Below the pieces are notes generated by a model. That model ran no database searches and was not told the origin of the DNA. It saw only the letters and a program-made list of their open reading frames with translations. The position numbers were made by a program, and so were the translations under genes. From Brevinematales bacterium (lineage in GTDB: Bacteria; Spirochaetota; Brevinematia; Brevinematales; JAOACQ01), in contig JBBFLL010000002.1 of assembly GCA_037479045.1 (NCBI GenBank), forward strand, positions 73,108 to 137,107: 64,000 nucleotides of DNA, given 5' to 3'. Positions 35,770-46,306 of the stretch are shown one piece after another (the first letter of the stretch is position 1; each line of letters opens with the position of its first letter).

Positions 35770-36886
35770 AAAATATCTTTTCCACATCAAAATCCATACA
35801 TCGATAGCTATGTGGACATTTTCCCTCGCAAGGAGAAAGGGGGCATTCATTCTTTAATATTACTATGTTTTGCCCTAAAGCTCGCCATTGATTAACATCA
35901 CCAAGCCCTGAGTAAAATACGAAAGTTTTAACATTTGTCATACCAGCAATGTGTGCAGATAAGCTATCAACAGTTATTATAAGGGTTGCAAGTTTATAAA
36001 ATTCATACAAACTCAAAATATCAAATTTTCCTGTTAAAATTTTCACATTTTCAAATCCACTGGCTATTTCTTTTGCAAGTTTTTCTTCCATTGCACTGCC
36101 AGTTATAATAACTTCATAATTTTTCTCAATAAGAATTTTCAATATTTTTTGCCATCTATCTATTGAAAGAGTTTTAAGCATATTTCCAGATCCGGGATGA
36201 ACGATTGCCATTTTTGATTTTAGATTAAGACTATCAAATTGCTCTTTTGCCGTAAGTTTGTGATTCTCGACTGGGAAAAGCTCTGAAGATAAATCTTCAA
36301 ATTTCTTTTCTATACCGAGAGGTTTTAATATTTCAAGATAATGTTCAATTTCGTGAACTTTATTTTTCCACTCAACTTCCTTTGAAAATAAAAATCCAAA
36401 TCCGGCTGTTCCATGTCCTATTGTGTAATTTATTTTTCCAAGCAGTGCTAGAGATACAAGATTACCTCTTCTTGACCTCATAAACAAACCAAGATCGTAC
36501 TTTTCATTTCTTATAACTTTTAATGAAGAAAAAAAAGTTTTGTAAAATTCAAGTTTCTTTTTGAATTTTGAGATATTTTTCCTATTTGCAAATGGAACAT
36601 TAATTATAATTTTGTGTCTTATATAGGGATTGTTTTCTAATACTGGCAAAGCCCATTCCCCGCAAACGATGTCTATAATAGATTCGGGAAACTTTTCTTT
36701 CAGAGGTTTTAAAATAGAAGTGGTAAGAAGAATATCTCCAAGATGGTCTGGTTTAACAATAAGAATCTTTTTAACTTTCTCTGGAAATTTTCTGTTAATA
36801 AAAAAGTAAAAAATCGGCTTTAAAAAAGAATCAATTAAAAACAAAAACAATTTTATATAAAATTTCTTACTCAAGTATTTTTGCAT
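35759..36886 (-). CDS. Glycosyltransferase family 9 (heptosyltransferase-like)
   Basis: 375 aa. ILIVKPDHLGDILLTTSILKPLKEKFP and VDSLSAHIAG are typical of GT9. Confidence 0.8.
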   Translation of the reverse strand: MQKYLSKKFYIKLFLFLIDSFLKPIFYFFINRKFPEKVKKILIVKPDHLGDILLTTSILKPLKEKFPESIIDIVCGEWALPVLENNPYIRHKIIINVPFANRKNISKFKKKLEFYKTFFSSLKVIRNEKYDLGLFMRSRRGNLVSLALLGKINYTIGHGTAGFGFLFSKEVEWKNKVHEIEHYLEILKPLGIEKKFEDLSSELFPVENHKLTAKEQFDSLNLKSKMAIVHPGSGNMLKTLSIDRWQKILKILIEKNYEVIITGSAMEEKLAKEIASGFENVKILTGKFDILSLYEFYKLATLIITVDSLSAHIAGMTNVKTFVFYSGLGDVNQWRALGQNIVILKNECPLSPCEGKCPHSYRCMDFDVEKIFSNL

Positions 36887-36924
36887 ATCTTTTATTATAA
36901 AATAAAATTCAGAGGTTGTAAAAT

Positions 36925-36953
36925 TTGAGAACTTTTGTAAAATGAATTATAAT
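36925..36953 (+). promoter_or_regulatory. Putative promoter of lysA (TTGAGA-N17-TATAAT)
   Basis: ttgaga at 36925-36930, 17-nt spacer, tataat at 36948-36953. The ATG is at 36985. Confidence 0.35.
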
Positions 36954-36984
36954 CTTACATTCTAAAATTATATCCGGAGAGTTT

Positions 36985-38247
36985 ATGGAAGTCTTATCTG
37001 TAAAGAACAATGAGCTTTATATTGATGGTGTTTCTGCAAGGGATTTAATTTCAAATTTTGGTAGCCCACTTTATGTCTATTCAGAAAAAATAATAAAAAA
37101 TAGATTTATTGATTTGAAAAATTCAATAAAATATGAGAATAAAAATATACTCTATGCAATGAAAGCAAATTCAAATTTTCAAATACTTAAAATGCTTGCG
37201 AAAGAAGGGGCTGGAATTGACGCAGTTTCATTAGAAGAGGTTGAAATAGCTTTAAAAGCCGGGTTTAAACCAGAAAAAATTCTATTCACTGGTGTCAATC
37301 TTTCAGTAGAACAAATGAAAAAAGCTATAAAAAAAGGTGTTATGTTAAATCTTGGCTCGTTAATGCAACTCAAATTCTATGGAGAATATTTTCCAGAGAC
37401 AAAAGTTTCTATAAGAATTAATCCAGATTTTGGAGCCGGACATCATGACCATGTAGTAACAGGAGGTAGAGCAAGCAAGTTTGGAATTTTTATTTCAAAG
37501 GAAGATAAAAAATCGTTGGAAGAAATAAATAAGATTTGTAATAAATATAAAATTACTATAGCTGGAATTCATGCTCACATAGGTTCTGGTATAACAGAAG
37601 AATCAAAATACATTGAACTCTCAGAGATTATTTTAAACATTGCAAAAGAATTCAAAAATCTTGAATTCATAGATATAGGAGGTGGAATTGGAGTTCCATA
37701 CAGAGAAAATCAGCCACCTTTTGATATAAAAAAGTTTGGTGACGATATTACAAAAGCAATAAATGATTTTTCAAAGGAATACGGTAGAAATGTTAAATTA
37801 ATGATCGAACCGGGAAGATATATTGTCGCTGAATCTGGAATTTTACTTGTTACAGTTTATGATATTAAGGAAACTCCTCTATATAAATTTGTTGGTGTAG
37901 ATAGTGGTTTTAATCATCTTATAAGACCTATGGCTTATGGTAGTTATCATAGAATTATAAATGCTTCAAATGTTGAAGATGAGAAAGAAGAAGTCGTTGT
38001 AGCTGGATATATATGTGAAAGTGGAGATGTATTTACCAGAAATGAAGATGGGATTGAAAAAAGACCTATTTCTAAGATAGACATAGGAAATATTCTTGCA
38101 ATAATGAATGCTGGTGCTTATGGTTATGCAATGGCTTCAAATTACAATTCAAGACCAAGACCAGCTGAAGTTATGGTTTATAATGGCAAAGCAAGACTTG
38201 TAAGAAGGAGAGAGACTGTTAAAGATTTGCTTATTACACAGAAATAA
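36985..38247 (+). CDS. lysA: Diaminopimelate decarboxylase
   Basis: 420 aa. YAMKANSN (PLP lysine), EPGRYIVA and CESGD motifs. Confidence 0.9.
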   Translation: MEVLSVKNNELYIDGVSARDLISNFGSPLYVYSEKIIKNRFIDLKNSIKYENKNILYAMKANSNFQILKMLAKEGAGIDAVSLEEVEIALKAGFKPEKILFTGVNLSVEQMKKAIKKGVMLNLGSLMQLKFYGEYFPETKVSIRINPDFGAGHHDHVVTGGRASKFGIFISKEDKKSLEEINKICNKYKITIAGIHAHIGSGITEESKYIELSEIILNIAKEFKNLEFIDIGGGIGVPYRENQPPFDIKKFGDDITKAINDFSKEYGRNVKLMIEPGRYIVAESGILLVTVYDIKETPLYKFVGVDSGFNHLIRPMAYGSYHRIINASNVEDEKEEVVVAGYICESGDVFTRNEDGIEKRPISKIDIGNILAIMNAGAYGYAMASNYNSRPRPAEVMVYNGKARLVRRRETVKDLLITQK

Positions 38248-38261
38248 ATCAAAGGAAAATT

Positions 38262-38711
38262 ATGAGTTATAAAAAATACTATTATTCTATTATCAAGGAG
38301 ATAAAGAAAAGAATTATTTATTTTTATCAGGATAATTTGATATCTCTTGTTATCTTTGGTTCAGTTGCTAAAGATACATTTTCTCCTGAATCAGATATAG
38401 ATATTCTTATAATACTGAATAAAAGAAAAGGAAGCTATATAGATTTTTCTGAATATTATGATAACATAGAAACCAATTTGAATACTTTGAAAAAAGCTAA
38501 GAAAAAAAAACTCAATATTATAATAAACCCAATTTTCAAAGAAAAGGATAAATTGACTATAAACACTCCTTATTTATGGAAAAATAAATTTATAGTTTTG
38601 TATGATAGAGGAAATTTTTTCAAAAATTTTACTGAAAATTTGAGAAATTACGAAAAGAGATTAGTTACTCAAGATAACAAAATACCATATATTGAGGTAA
38701 GAAATGGTTAA
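38262..38711 (+). CDS. Nucleotidyltransferase (MNT-type, minimal NTase) protein
   Basis: 149 aa. GSVAKDTFSPESDIDILI, i.e. GS...DxD. Confidence 0.75.
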   Translation: MSYKKYYYSIIKEIKKRIIYFYQDNLISLVIFGSVAKDTFSPESDIDILIILNKRKGSYIDFSEYYDNIETNLNTLKKAKKKKLNIIINPIFKEKDKLTINTPYLWKNKFIVLYDRGNFFKNFTENLRNYEKRLVTQDNKIPYIEVRNG

Positions 38712-39111
38712 CAAAGCTCTTGCTAAGGATTATTTTAAAAGAGCGAAAATTAGATTTAATGTATTGCAGACATATATGAAAGAAAGAGATTATGCTGATG
38801 TGATACGTGAATCACAAGAAATAGTTGAATTGATACAGAAAGCTCTTTTGATAAATATGGAAATAGATCCTCCAAAATGGCACGATGTAATAGATATAAT
38901 AATTGAAAATATCGAAAAAATTCCTGTAAAATTTCATTCTGAAATAAAAAATTTGGTTACATCTTCAAAATGGTTAAGAAGAGAGAGAGAAATATCTTTT
39001 TATGGGGATATGGACTATTTACCATTAAGTGATTATTCAGAGGATGACGCAATTAAAGCAATTGAAACTGCAGAAAGATTTATTAAAATAGCTGAAGGTG
39101 TTTTTAATTAA
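38704..39111 (+). CDS. HEPN domain protein (partner of the MNT gene)
   Basis: 135 aa. 8-nt overlap with the NTase gene. All-helical, with LRREREISFYGD resembling the HEPN (PF05168-type) signature. Confidence 0.65.
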   Translation: MVNKALAKDYFKRAKIRFNVLQTYMKERDYADVIRESQEIVELIQKALLINMEIDPPKWHDVIDIIIENIEKIPVKFHSEIKNLVTSSKWLRREREISFYGDMDYLPLSDYSEDDAIKAIETAERFIKIAEGVFN

Positions 39112-39122
39112 CTCAAAAAATA

Positions 39123-39165
39123 ATTAAAATTAGATATAATTTCTATAAAGTTAAATCTAATTTTA
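39123..39165 (+). terminator. AT-rich hairpin (12-bp perfect inverted repeat, 19-nt loop) after the HEPN gene
   Basis: ttaaaattagat (39123-39134) pairs with atctaattttaa (39154-39165), followed by a T-run. Confidence 0.3.
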
Positions 39166-39194
39166 AAATTTTTAAATAAAATGGGAATAGAAAA

Positions 39195-40502
39195 TTGTTG
39201 AAAAGAAAACTATTTTTTGCAATTGAAAAAATAAAACTATGGTTAAACAAAAAAGGAACACAAAAAGTTTTAACTAATTTTACATGGCTTAGCATATTTC
39301 AATTAGTCGAAAAAGTTGTTCCACTAATAACAATTCCATATCTTTTGAGAATAATTGGAATTGAAAAATGGGGGCTTATTACTTTTGCTTTAAGCTTTAT
39401 TCAATATTTTAATACTTTTGTTGACTATGGCTTCAATGTAACTGGAGTCAGAGAAGTTTCATTAAATCAGGAAAATCAAGATAAGCTTAATGAAATTTTT
39501 TCAAATATTATTTTAATAAAATTAGTCTTTCTTATTATTGGATTCCTAATTTATCTTGCTATTATTATCTCTTTTAAAAAATTCTACTATGAAATAATTG
39601 TTTTTCTACTTACTTTTGGCTGGGTTATTGGGCAAGCTATATTTCCCCTGTGGTTCTTTCAGGGAATGGAAAAAATGAAGTTTTCTACTATACTTTCCTC
39701 TGTTGCTAAAATAATATTTTTAATTTTAATTTTTTTATTCGTCAAAAAGGAAAGTGATTATTTGCTTGTTCCTCTATTTAATTCATCAGGTATGATAATT
39801 GCTGGTACTATAGGAACTTTGATTGCAATTTTTAATTTCAAAATTAAAATTAAAATACCAAAATTATCAAATATGATTAAAATATTAAAAGATGGAGGAA
39901 AAGTTTTTATATCAAATTTGTTTATAAGTTTTTATACAAATACAAGAGTTTTTGCTTTAGGTTTATTCACAAATAACACCGTCGTTGGTTATTATGGGAT
40001 TGCTGAGAAAATAGCCTTTTATATTGGGATGCCATTTGGACTTTTTGCACAGGCAATGTATCCAAGAATTTCAAATTTGTATGGAAATAATAAAGAAAAA
40101 TTTATGAAATTGATTAAATATCTTAATATTGGGGCCTTCTTATGGGGAATTTTTATCTTTATAATTGGAATATTATTTTCTGATTTTTTAGTATATATAT
40201 TAACCGGTAAACCAATAACATATGAAACAAAATTTTCTTTAATTTTATTGTTAGTGGGATCTTCTTTTGTCCAAGCAAATACATTTAGAATTCAATATTT
40301 TCTTGCAACAGGAAAATTTGGAATTTATACAATAATACATATAGTTTCTGGAATTATAGGTATGATTTTAATATTTTTTCTTTCTTACTTATACAGTTAT
40401 AAAGGAACAGCTATTTCTGTAGCTTTAATAGAAGGAATGATAGTGATTTTGTCATTTGTTTTGTTTAATATTAACAAAAAAGAGGAGAGATATGAAAAAT
40501 AA
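39195..40502 (+). CDS. Polysaccharide flippase (Wzx/MOP superfamily)
   Basis: 435 aa with ~12 TM. N-terminus typical of O-unit flippases. The start codon is non-ATG in the ORF track, so the exact start is uncertain. Confidence 0.75.
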   Translation: MLKRKLFFAIEKIKLWLNKKGTQKVLTNFTWLSIFQLVEKVVPLITIPYLLRIIGIEKWGLITFALSFIQYFNTFVDYGFNVTGVREVSLNQENQDKLNEIFSNIILIKLVFLIIGFLIYLAIIISFKKFYYEIIVFLLTFGWVIGQAIFPLWFFQGMEKMKFSTILSSVAKIIFLILIFLFVKKESDYLLVPLFNSSGMIIAGTIGTLIAIFNFKIKIKIPKLSNMIKILKDGGKVFISNLFISFYTNTRVFALGLFTNNTVVGYYGIAEKIAFYIGMPFGLFAQAMYPRISNLYGNNKEKFMKLIKYLNIGAFLWGIFIFIIGILFSDFLVYILTGKPITYETKFSLILLLVGSSFVQANTFRIQYFLATGKFGIYTIIHIVSGIIGMILIFFLSYLYSYKGTAISVALIEGMIVILSFVLFNINKKEERYEK

Positions 40503-41724
40503 AACTTTTGTAACAATAATGAAGTGGACAGTTAATGCGGATTTAATCAAAATGACTGGACAAATTCCATACAATATGTATAAAAAATACGGTTATGAAT
40601 CTATACTTGTTACATATAACAATGAGACAGAAGATGAGTTTACCCCTGAAGAAAAAAGTTTTAATCTTCCAGTTGAAAAATATACATATCATGAAAATAT
40701 TGTTAAAGGATTGAAACTTGAGTTCATTAAAAGAGAAGGTAAAATAGCAGGATTAGATAAAGCTATATTAAAATACATAATAAAAAATGCAAAAAAGATA
40801 GATATTTTAAATCTTTATCATTACTCACTTCAAACTATGATATATACAATTCTATATAAGTTTTTAAACAAAAAGGGTATTACTTATATTACTCTTGATA
40901 ATGATCTTGGTGCTCTTGAATATCAACACTTTTCACTATTATTAAAGCATCCTCATAATAAAATAAGAAATTTTATTGCCTATAAATTCATTGAACCGCT
41001 TTTTTTAAAAAAAGTTGATTTTCTTTCCAATGAAACCAAAAAAGGAACAGAAAGATTAAAGAATCTATACAAGAAATATGAAAAAAAGTTTTTTTATCAA
41101 CCTTATGGTATAGACGAAAGATTTATCTTAAATAGCAATATAAAAATTAAAACCTATGAAGAAAAAGAAAATATTATACTTACAGTTGCAAGAATTGGTC
41201 ATCCCCAAAAGAATAATGAACTTTTGCTTAAGGCAATTGCAAATATTGACCTCAAAGATTGGAAAGTTATTCTTGCTGGAAAAGTAGAAAAAAATTTTAC
41301 TAATTTTATAGAAAACTATTTTAATAAAAATCCACATTTAAAAAATAAAATTGTTTTTACAGGACATATTTCTGATAGAAATAAGTTATATGAATTATAC
41401 AACAGCTCTAAAATTTTTTGTATGACTTCAAACTTTGAAAGTTTTGGTATAGTTATGATAGAAGCGGGATACTTTGGAAATTATATACTTACAAGTAATG
41501 TTGTAAGTGCAGAGGATATTACAAACAACAGAAATTGTGGAGATATATTCGAAATAGGTAATCAGAAAGAATTAGAACAAAAATTACAAAATTTGATTAA
41601 TAATCCTGAAATTATAAGAAATAATATGGAAAAAATAATGAAACATATAAGAAATAATTTTTTATGGGAAAATATAATAAGTAAACTTGCAGAATTAATT
41701 GAGGAGAAAAATAATGAAATATAA
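40492..41724 (+). CDS. Glycosyltransferase family 4
   Basis: I prefer the ATG at 40492 (MKNKTFV..., preceded by AGAGGAGAG) over the track start at 40456. C-terminal SNFESFGIVMIEAGYFGNYILTSNV. Confidence 0.75.
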   Translation: MKNKTFVTIMKWTVNADLIKMTGQIPYNMYKKYGYESILVTYNNETEDEFTPEEKSFNLPVEKYTYHENIVKGLKLEFIKREGKIAGLDKAILKYIIKNAKKIDILNLYHYSLQTMIYTILYKFLNKKGITYITLDNDLGALEYQHFSLLLKHPHNKIRNFIAYKFIEPLFLKKVDFLSNETKKGTERLKNLYKKYEKKFFYQPYGIDERFILNSNIKIKTYEEKENIILTVARIGHPQKNNELLLKAIANIDLKDWKVILAGKVEKNFTNFIENYFNKNPHLKNKIVFTGHISDRNKLYELYNSSKIFCMTSNFESFGIVMIEAGYFGNYILTSNVVSAEDITNNRNCGDIFEIGNQKELEQKLQNLINNPEIIRNNMEKIMKHIRNNFLWENIISKLAELIEEKNNEI

Positions 41725-42757
41725 CCAACCTTTTGTAGCGATTTTACTTGTAAATTACAACAGTTCCGACTTTCTTATAGAATGCCTTGAAAGTATTTTT
41801 AGATTAAATTATAGGAATTATCAGGTAATTATAACAGAAAACAGTGAACGAAATCAAGAGAAAGAAATTGAAATTTTAACAAAGTGGGTCAATAATGAAA
41901 TAAATTTTATTTCTAACAAAAATTTTAGTTATATTTTTAGTACCCCAATTAAAAAAACATCTCTCAGTATAAATATAATTGAGGAAGATGAAATATTTAA
42001 AAAAAGTAATTCCAAAGATTCTATTATTTTAATAAAATCAAAAGAAAATTCTGGTTTTGCTGGTGGTTGCAATAAAGCTCTTAATTTCATAATTAATCAA
42101 GATAAATTTGAATATATTTGGATGTTAAATACAGATACAATTGTCGAAAAAAATTCTTTAAAATTTCTTGTTGAAAAATTTAATGAAAATAATAATATAA
42201 TTGCCGTTAGTTCAAAATTGAAGTATTATGACTATCCTACTAAAATTAACTTGATAGGCGGCAAATTTATAAATAAAATTTTTAAAATGGGTTATATACC
42301 ACTAGGGTATTTAGAGGATGATAATGGGCAATATGATACTGAAATTTCAATAGATTCTCCAGCGATGGCAAGTTGTCTAATCAATTTAAAATTCATAGAA
42401 AAAGTAGGTCTTATGCGTGAAGATTATTTTCTTTATAGTGAAGATATAGAATGGTTTGAAAGAATGAAAAAAGCAGGTTATAAATTCGCATATCAATATA
42501 AAAGTGTAGTTTACCATAAGGAAAGTGCAATTACAAAAAAGATAAAAAAGATATCTTTATATTATTGTATTAGAAATAAAATTCATTTTTACTTAATGTA
42601 TTATAAATCATTGAGATATAAAATGGGGCTCTTTTTTTCTATTTTAAGAGATATTGGTGGAAATATAAAAAGAGGTCAAGTAGGCAATATAAAAATTATA
42701 TTTAAAGGAATCTTTGACGGTATCAGAGGAAAGTTGGGAAAAATTAATCATTTATAG
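41714..42757 (+). CDS. Glycosyltransferase family 2
   Basis: I prefer the ATG at 41714 (MKYNQPFVAILLVNYN, preceded by GAGGAG). Contains the GT-A N-terminal pattern and a DxD-like region. Confidence 0.75.
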   Translation: MKYNQPFVAILLVNYNSSDFLIECLESIFRLNYRNYQVIITENSERNQEKEIEILTKWVNNEINFISNKNFSYIFSTPIKKTSLSINIIEEDEIFKKSNSKDSIILIKSKENSGFAGGCNKALNFIINQDKFEYIWMLNTDTIVEKNSLKFLVEKFNENNNIIAVSSKLKYYDYPTKINLIGGKFINKIFKMGYIPLGYLEDDNGQYDTEISIDSPAMASCLINLKFIEKVGLMREDYFLYSEDIEWFERMKKAGYKFAYQYKSVVYHKESAITKKIKKISLYYCIRNKIHFYLMYYKSLRYKMGLFFSILRDIGGNIKRGQVGNIKIIFKGIFDGIRGKLGKINHL

Positions 42758-43791
42758 ATTGAAAAAAAACCATAAAAATTATTCCTAAACTTTTCAATAC
42801 TGAAAAACTTAGCTTTATTAATTGCATTTTTTGAAATTTTTTCTTTATAAATTTTATCATTTTTGATTATCTTAATTATCTCATTAGTTTTTTTCACATC
42901 AAAAGGTTTTATTAAAAAACCATCTACTCCATCTTCTATCAATTCACTGAAAGCTCCACTATCAAAGGCTATAACGATTTTGCCATAGGACATCATTTCA
43001 ATAAGAGATAAGCCAAAACCTTCTCCTATAGAGGGAAAAATAAATACATCTCCATAAGTTGCAGCTTCTTCTGGTGTCATCCAGCCTAAATCTTTTTCTT
43101 TCGGAATATCAACAGGTTTTGCACAACCTTTTTGACTACCTATATACCCTACATTAGCTTCAAGTTTTTCAAGAAAGAGTGGATTTTTATAACTTTCATA
43201 TCTACCAAAAAATAGAACAAAATCTTTTTGAGGGTTAATGTATTCAAAACTTGATTCAATACCATTATACACAACATCTATTGGTATTTTTTTACTAAAA
43301 AATCTATATAGAAAATCACTTTCAAATCTTTTTTTTACGTATTTACTTACTGTAATAATATTATTTATATTTTGAATACTCAAAAAATCTCTGAAAGTAA
43401 TTATTGGATTTTTCCTGAGTAAATGCTCCTTAGACTGCATATGCCATAACATTTTAACATTTTTTTTGCTCTTCGATATTGGAATAGCTAATTGTTGGAC
43501 TCCTTCTCTCGAATCAAAAATTATAATATCACCATCATTTATCAAATTTAAGTTAAAGTCTTTAAAACTGTCATCATAAGCCCTATAATTACGATTTTCA
43601 AATGTCTTCCAGTTTTTATGAATATAATGGATAAGATTATTATAGTTAAAATCTTTCCAGATTTCTATAGCATATGAAGAATAATGCAAAAAAACTTCAA
43701 AAGGAGGATTCTTTAGCAAAGCTTTCCATACCTTTGTGCCACCACCAATGGAATTTTGAGTTCCAGAAAATATGAAGTGTATCTTTCTCAC
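42748..43791 (-). CDS. Glycosyltransferase family 4
   Basis: 347 aa. PSIGEGFGLSLIEMMSYGKIVIAFDSGAFSELIEDGVDGFL. Confidence 0.8.
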   Translation of the reverse strand: MRKIHFIFSGTQNSIGGGTKVWKALLKNPPFEVFLHYSSYAIEIWKDFNYNNLIHYIHKNWKTFENRNYRAYDDSFKDFNLNLINDGDIIIFDSREGVQQLAIPISKSKKNVKMLWHMQSKEHLLRKNPIITFRDFLSIQNINNIITVSKYVKKRFESDFLYRFFSKKIPIDVVYNGIESSFEYINPQKDFVLFFGRYESYKNPLFLEKLEANVGYIGSQKGCAKPVDIPKEKDLGWMTPEEAATYGDVFIFPSIGEGFGLSLIEMMSYGKIVIAFDSGAFSELIEDGVDGFLIKPFDVKKTNEIIKIIKNDKIYKEKISKNAINKAKFFSIEKFRNNFYGFFSIYK

Positions 43792-44219
43792 CCTTCAACC
43801 TCTATAATTCTTTCAACTTCTGATTCACTGTAATAAAAATTTAAAACACAGGCATTTTTTAATTTATTCTCAATTTTTTCTGGCCATTCAATAAAAACAA
43901 AATCAAAATTATCAATAAGTTCGTAAAACCCAATTTCTTCAATTTCTTCTGGTGATTTAATCCTATAAAAATCCAGATGAGCAATTTTTGCATTCTTATT
44001 CACATATTCATTAATAACTGTGAAGGAAGGGCTTGAAACCAAATCCTCAAGTCCAAAGAAAGAAGAAAAACCTCTAACAAAAGAAGTTTTACCACTTCCA
44101 AGCTCACCCTTAAGCATAAAAACTTTTATTTCAGAAATATCTATTATTTCACCAGAGGCAAATTTTTTACCTAAGTCAAATGTTTCTTCAACACTTCTCG
44201 AAACAAATTTAATACTCAA
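43788..44219 (-). CDS. tsaE: tRNA t6A37 biosynthesis ATPase TsaE
   Basis: 143 aa. GELGSGKTSFVRG P-loop, SPSFTV and HLDFYR motifs. Confidence 0.85.
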   Translation of the reverse strand: MSIKFVSRSVEETFDLGKKFASGEIIDISEIKVFMLKGELGSGKTSFVRGFSSFFGLEDLVSSPSFTVINEYVNKNAKIAHLDFYRIKSPEEIEEIGFYELIDNFDFVFIEWPEKIENKLKNACVLNFYYSESEVERIIEVEG

Positions 44220-45651
44220 CTCTATAAACCTCTATTGGTTTAGACTTACCTTTCACGGAAATTGGTTCGAGTTTAATAAATTTGAATTCTTTGTTATTTT
44301 TTACTTTATCATAAACACTTTTTGCGATAATTATTTCATCCTTTGAAGCAGCACTGCATAATCTGGATGCAAGATTTACATTATCTCCTATCACGGTATA
44401 ATCCATTCTATCGTGAGAACCTATACTACCTCTTACAACCTCTCCAACATTTATTCCAATTCCAATATGAATAGTTGATAGCCCTTTATTTTTCCTTTCT
44501 TCATTCATTTGTGAGATTTTCTTTTGAATCTCACTTGCTGCTTTCAATGCATTAACACACATTTCTTCTCCATCAAATATTGCAACAATCTCATCGCCGA
44601 CAAATTTATCAATATCTCCATTAAAATCATGAATAATATTTGTTTGAACATCAAGATATTCATTGAGAATATTTACAACTTCCTGTGGATCTATCTTTTC
44701 ACTCATAGCAGTAAAACCTCTGATGTCAGAAAAAAACATTGTCAATTCTTTTCTTTCTGTTGGTTTTGTTGTTCCTCCCATATCAATATGACTTGAAGCA
44801 ACTGTTTTTTGAATCATTTTCACAGTTGAACCTGATACAAACTTTTGCATTTCAAGTTTTTCTTTGACTGAAACAACCATTTCTTCAAAACTTCGAGCAA
44901 GCAGACCGATTTCATCTCTTGTAGGAATATGAAGTTTGATGTTATAATCTCCAAGTCCAAATTTCTTTACTCCATCAGTTAATTGGATAATTGGTTTTAC
45001 TATGCCATCAGAACCTTTGATTGATAGAAAAATTGCAAATAATGCTACAACAGTAGTAACAAAGATTATAAGGAGCTTTATGTTGTTGATTTCATCAATT
45101 ATTACTTTTTTAGAATACCATAATGTTATGTTTCCGATTCTCTTCTTATTTACAAAAACTGGCATTATATATTCAATTACTCTTACAGAAATATCCGAAC
45201 TTAAATTTACTTTGAGAAGATCTGGATTTTTATAAAAAGCCTCAACAGTTTTTGCTCTTTTTTCAATTTCTTTCAAATTTTCTTCAGGTTGATTATACCC
45301 AACAAAAAGATGGACTTTTTTTATATCATCACCTGTTATTATTATCCCATTATAACCAAGATAAATCAATCCGATAGTATTTTGAAATGCTTTAACAGCC
45401 TCATCAGTAGCAGGAATTGAGATATAGTTATACTCTATTGACTTAGAAAGGTCTTTCAAAATTCTTTCACAGAATATATCTGCTTTATTAAGAAGTGTTT
45501 TTTCAAGATAAAGAGTGAACATAAAACCAAGAGAAACAGAAACTATTAAAATAATAGCAACTTCAAAAACAACAACTTTCGCTTTTATTTTTTTTGTTAA
45601 TGCCTCAAATAAAGAAAGAAAAAAAAGTTTGCGGGCTTCTTTTTTATCCAT
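44209..45651 (-). CDS. Membrane class III adenylate/guanylate cyclase with HAMP domain
   Basis: 480 aa. Two TM flank an extracytoplasmic domain, followed by HAMP. The cyclase core has FFSDIRGFTAMSE, GDEIVAIF and IGDNVNLASRL. Confidence 0.85.
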   Translation of the reverse strand: MDKKEARKLFFLSLFEALTKKIKAKVVVFEVAIILIVSVSLGFMFTLYLEKTLLNKADIFCERILKDLSKSIEYNYISIPATDEAVKAFQNTIGLIYLGYNGIIITGDDIKKVHLFVGYNQPEENLKEIEKRAKTVEAFYKNPDLLKVNLSSDISVRVIEYIMPVFVNKKRIGNITLWYSKKVIIDEINNIKLLIIFVTTVVALFAIFLSIKGSDGIVKPIIQLTDGVKKFGLGDYNIKLHIPTRDEIGLLARSFEEMVVSVKEKLEMQKFVSGSTVKMIQKTVASSHIDMGGTTKPTERKELTMFFSDIRGFTAMSEKIDPQEVVNILNEYLDVQTNIIHDFNGDIDKFVGDEIVAIFDGEEMCVNALKAASEIQKKISQMNEERKNKGLSTIHIGIGINVGEVVRGSIGSHDRMDYTVIGDNVNLASRLCSAASKDEIIIAKSVYDKVKNNKEFKFIKLEPISVKGKSKPIEVYRVEY

Positions 45652-45753
45652 TAACCCCCTCCAAAATTTTAACCTTAGACTGAAAAAATTTTTTAAATAA
45701 AAAAGAAATTTTTAACTTAATCAAACACATTATAAAATTCTTATTAAATAATG

Positions 45754-46305
45754 TCAAAAATCAACTGGCTTACACAAAATCTCAATGATCTTTGTTTCAA
45801 GCATCATTGAAGCATGAGATGGAACTATTATTATGGCAGTATCAACACCCTCTTCTGTTCCACCAAGAGATATTATCTTTTCACCATAAGGTATAATTCC
45901 AGCATCAAGAGCCATTATGGCTATTTCAGTTGCAACTTTTAAACCCTGTCCAAACATTCTTAAAGTATTAGCTACAATTTCTACTGGATATATACCACCA
46001 AATTTTTTTGATAGTCCTCTTTCTGCACCACTTAAAACGTGAGTTGTCGTTAATATTTTGATTCCATTATTTTCCAGTTTAAGCCTTGTAGCTTTATCCA
46101 TTTCATTTTTGCCTTTTTCAGCAAATCCATAAGCATGTGTAACACATACAAGGTTTTTATTCTTAACGTTTTCAAAAAATGTGGCAGTCCATCCAGAGGC
46201 AGATGGAAAAACTATATTTTTTATTTTTCTCTCTTCTGAAACTTTTAAAGCAATTTCAATAGTCTTTTGAGTATTTGTTTTTCCGGCTTTTTCAAAACAA
46301 ACCAT
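45754..46305 (-). CDS. Stand-alone pyruvate kinase C-terminal (alpha/beta) domain-like protein
   Basis: I prefer the ATG at 46305 (MVCFEKAG...), just after the asd stop and a GGAAGG. The track start at 46326 is a TTG overlapping asd. Family assignment is from memory. Confidence 0.5.
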   Translation of the reverse strand: MVCFEKAGKTNTQKTIEIALKVSEERKIKNIVFPSASGWTATFFENVKNKNLVCVTHAYGFAEKGKNEMDKATRLKLENNGIKILTTTHVLSGAERGLSKKFGGIYPVEIVANTLRMFGQGLKVATEIAIMALDAGIIPYGEKIISLGGTEEGVDTAIIIVPSHASMMLETKIIEILCKPVDF

Positions 46306-46306
46306 A

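Noticed and set aside
36887-36984. Possible lysine (L-box) riboswitch upstream of lysA or asd.
   Set aside because: The leaders are too short: ~25 nt from the putative lysA promoter, and ~135 nt of AT-rich sequence upstream of asd. No recognisable conserved L-box helices are present.
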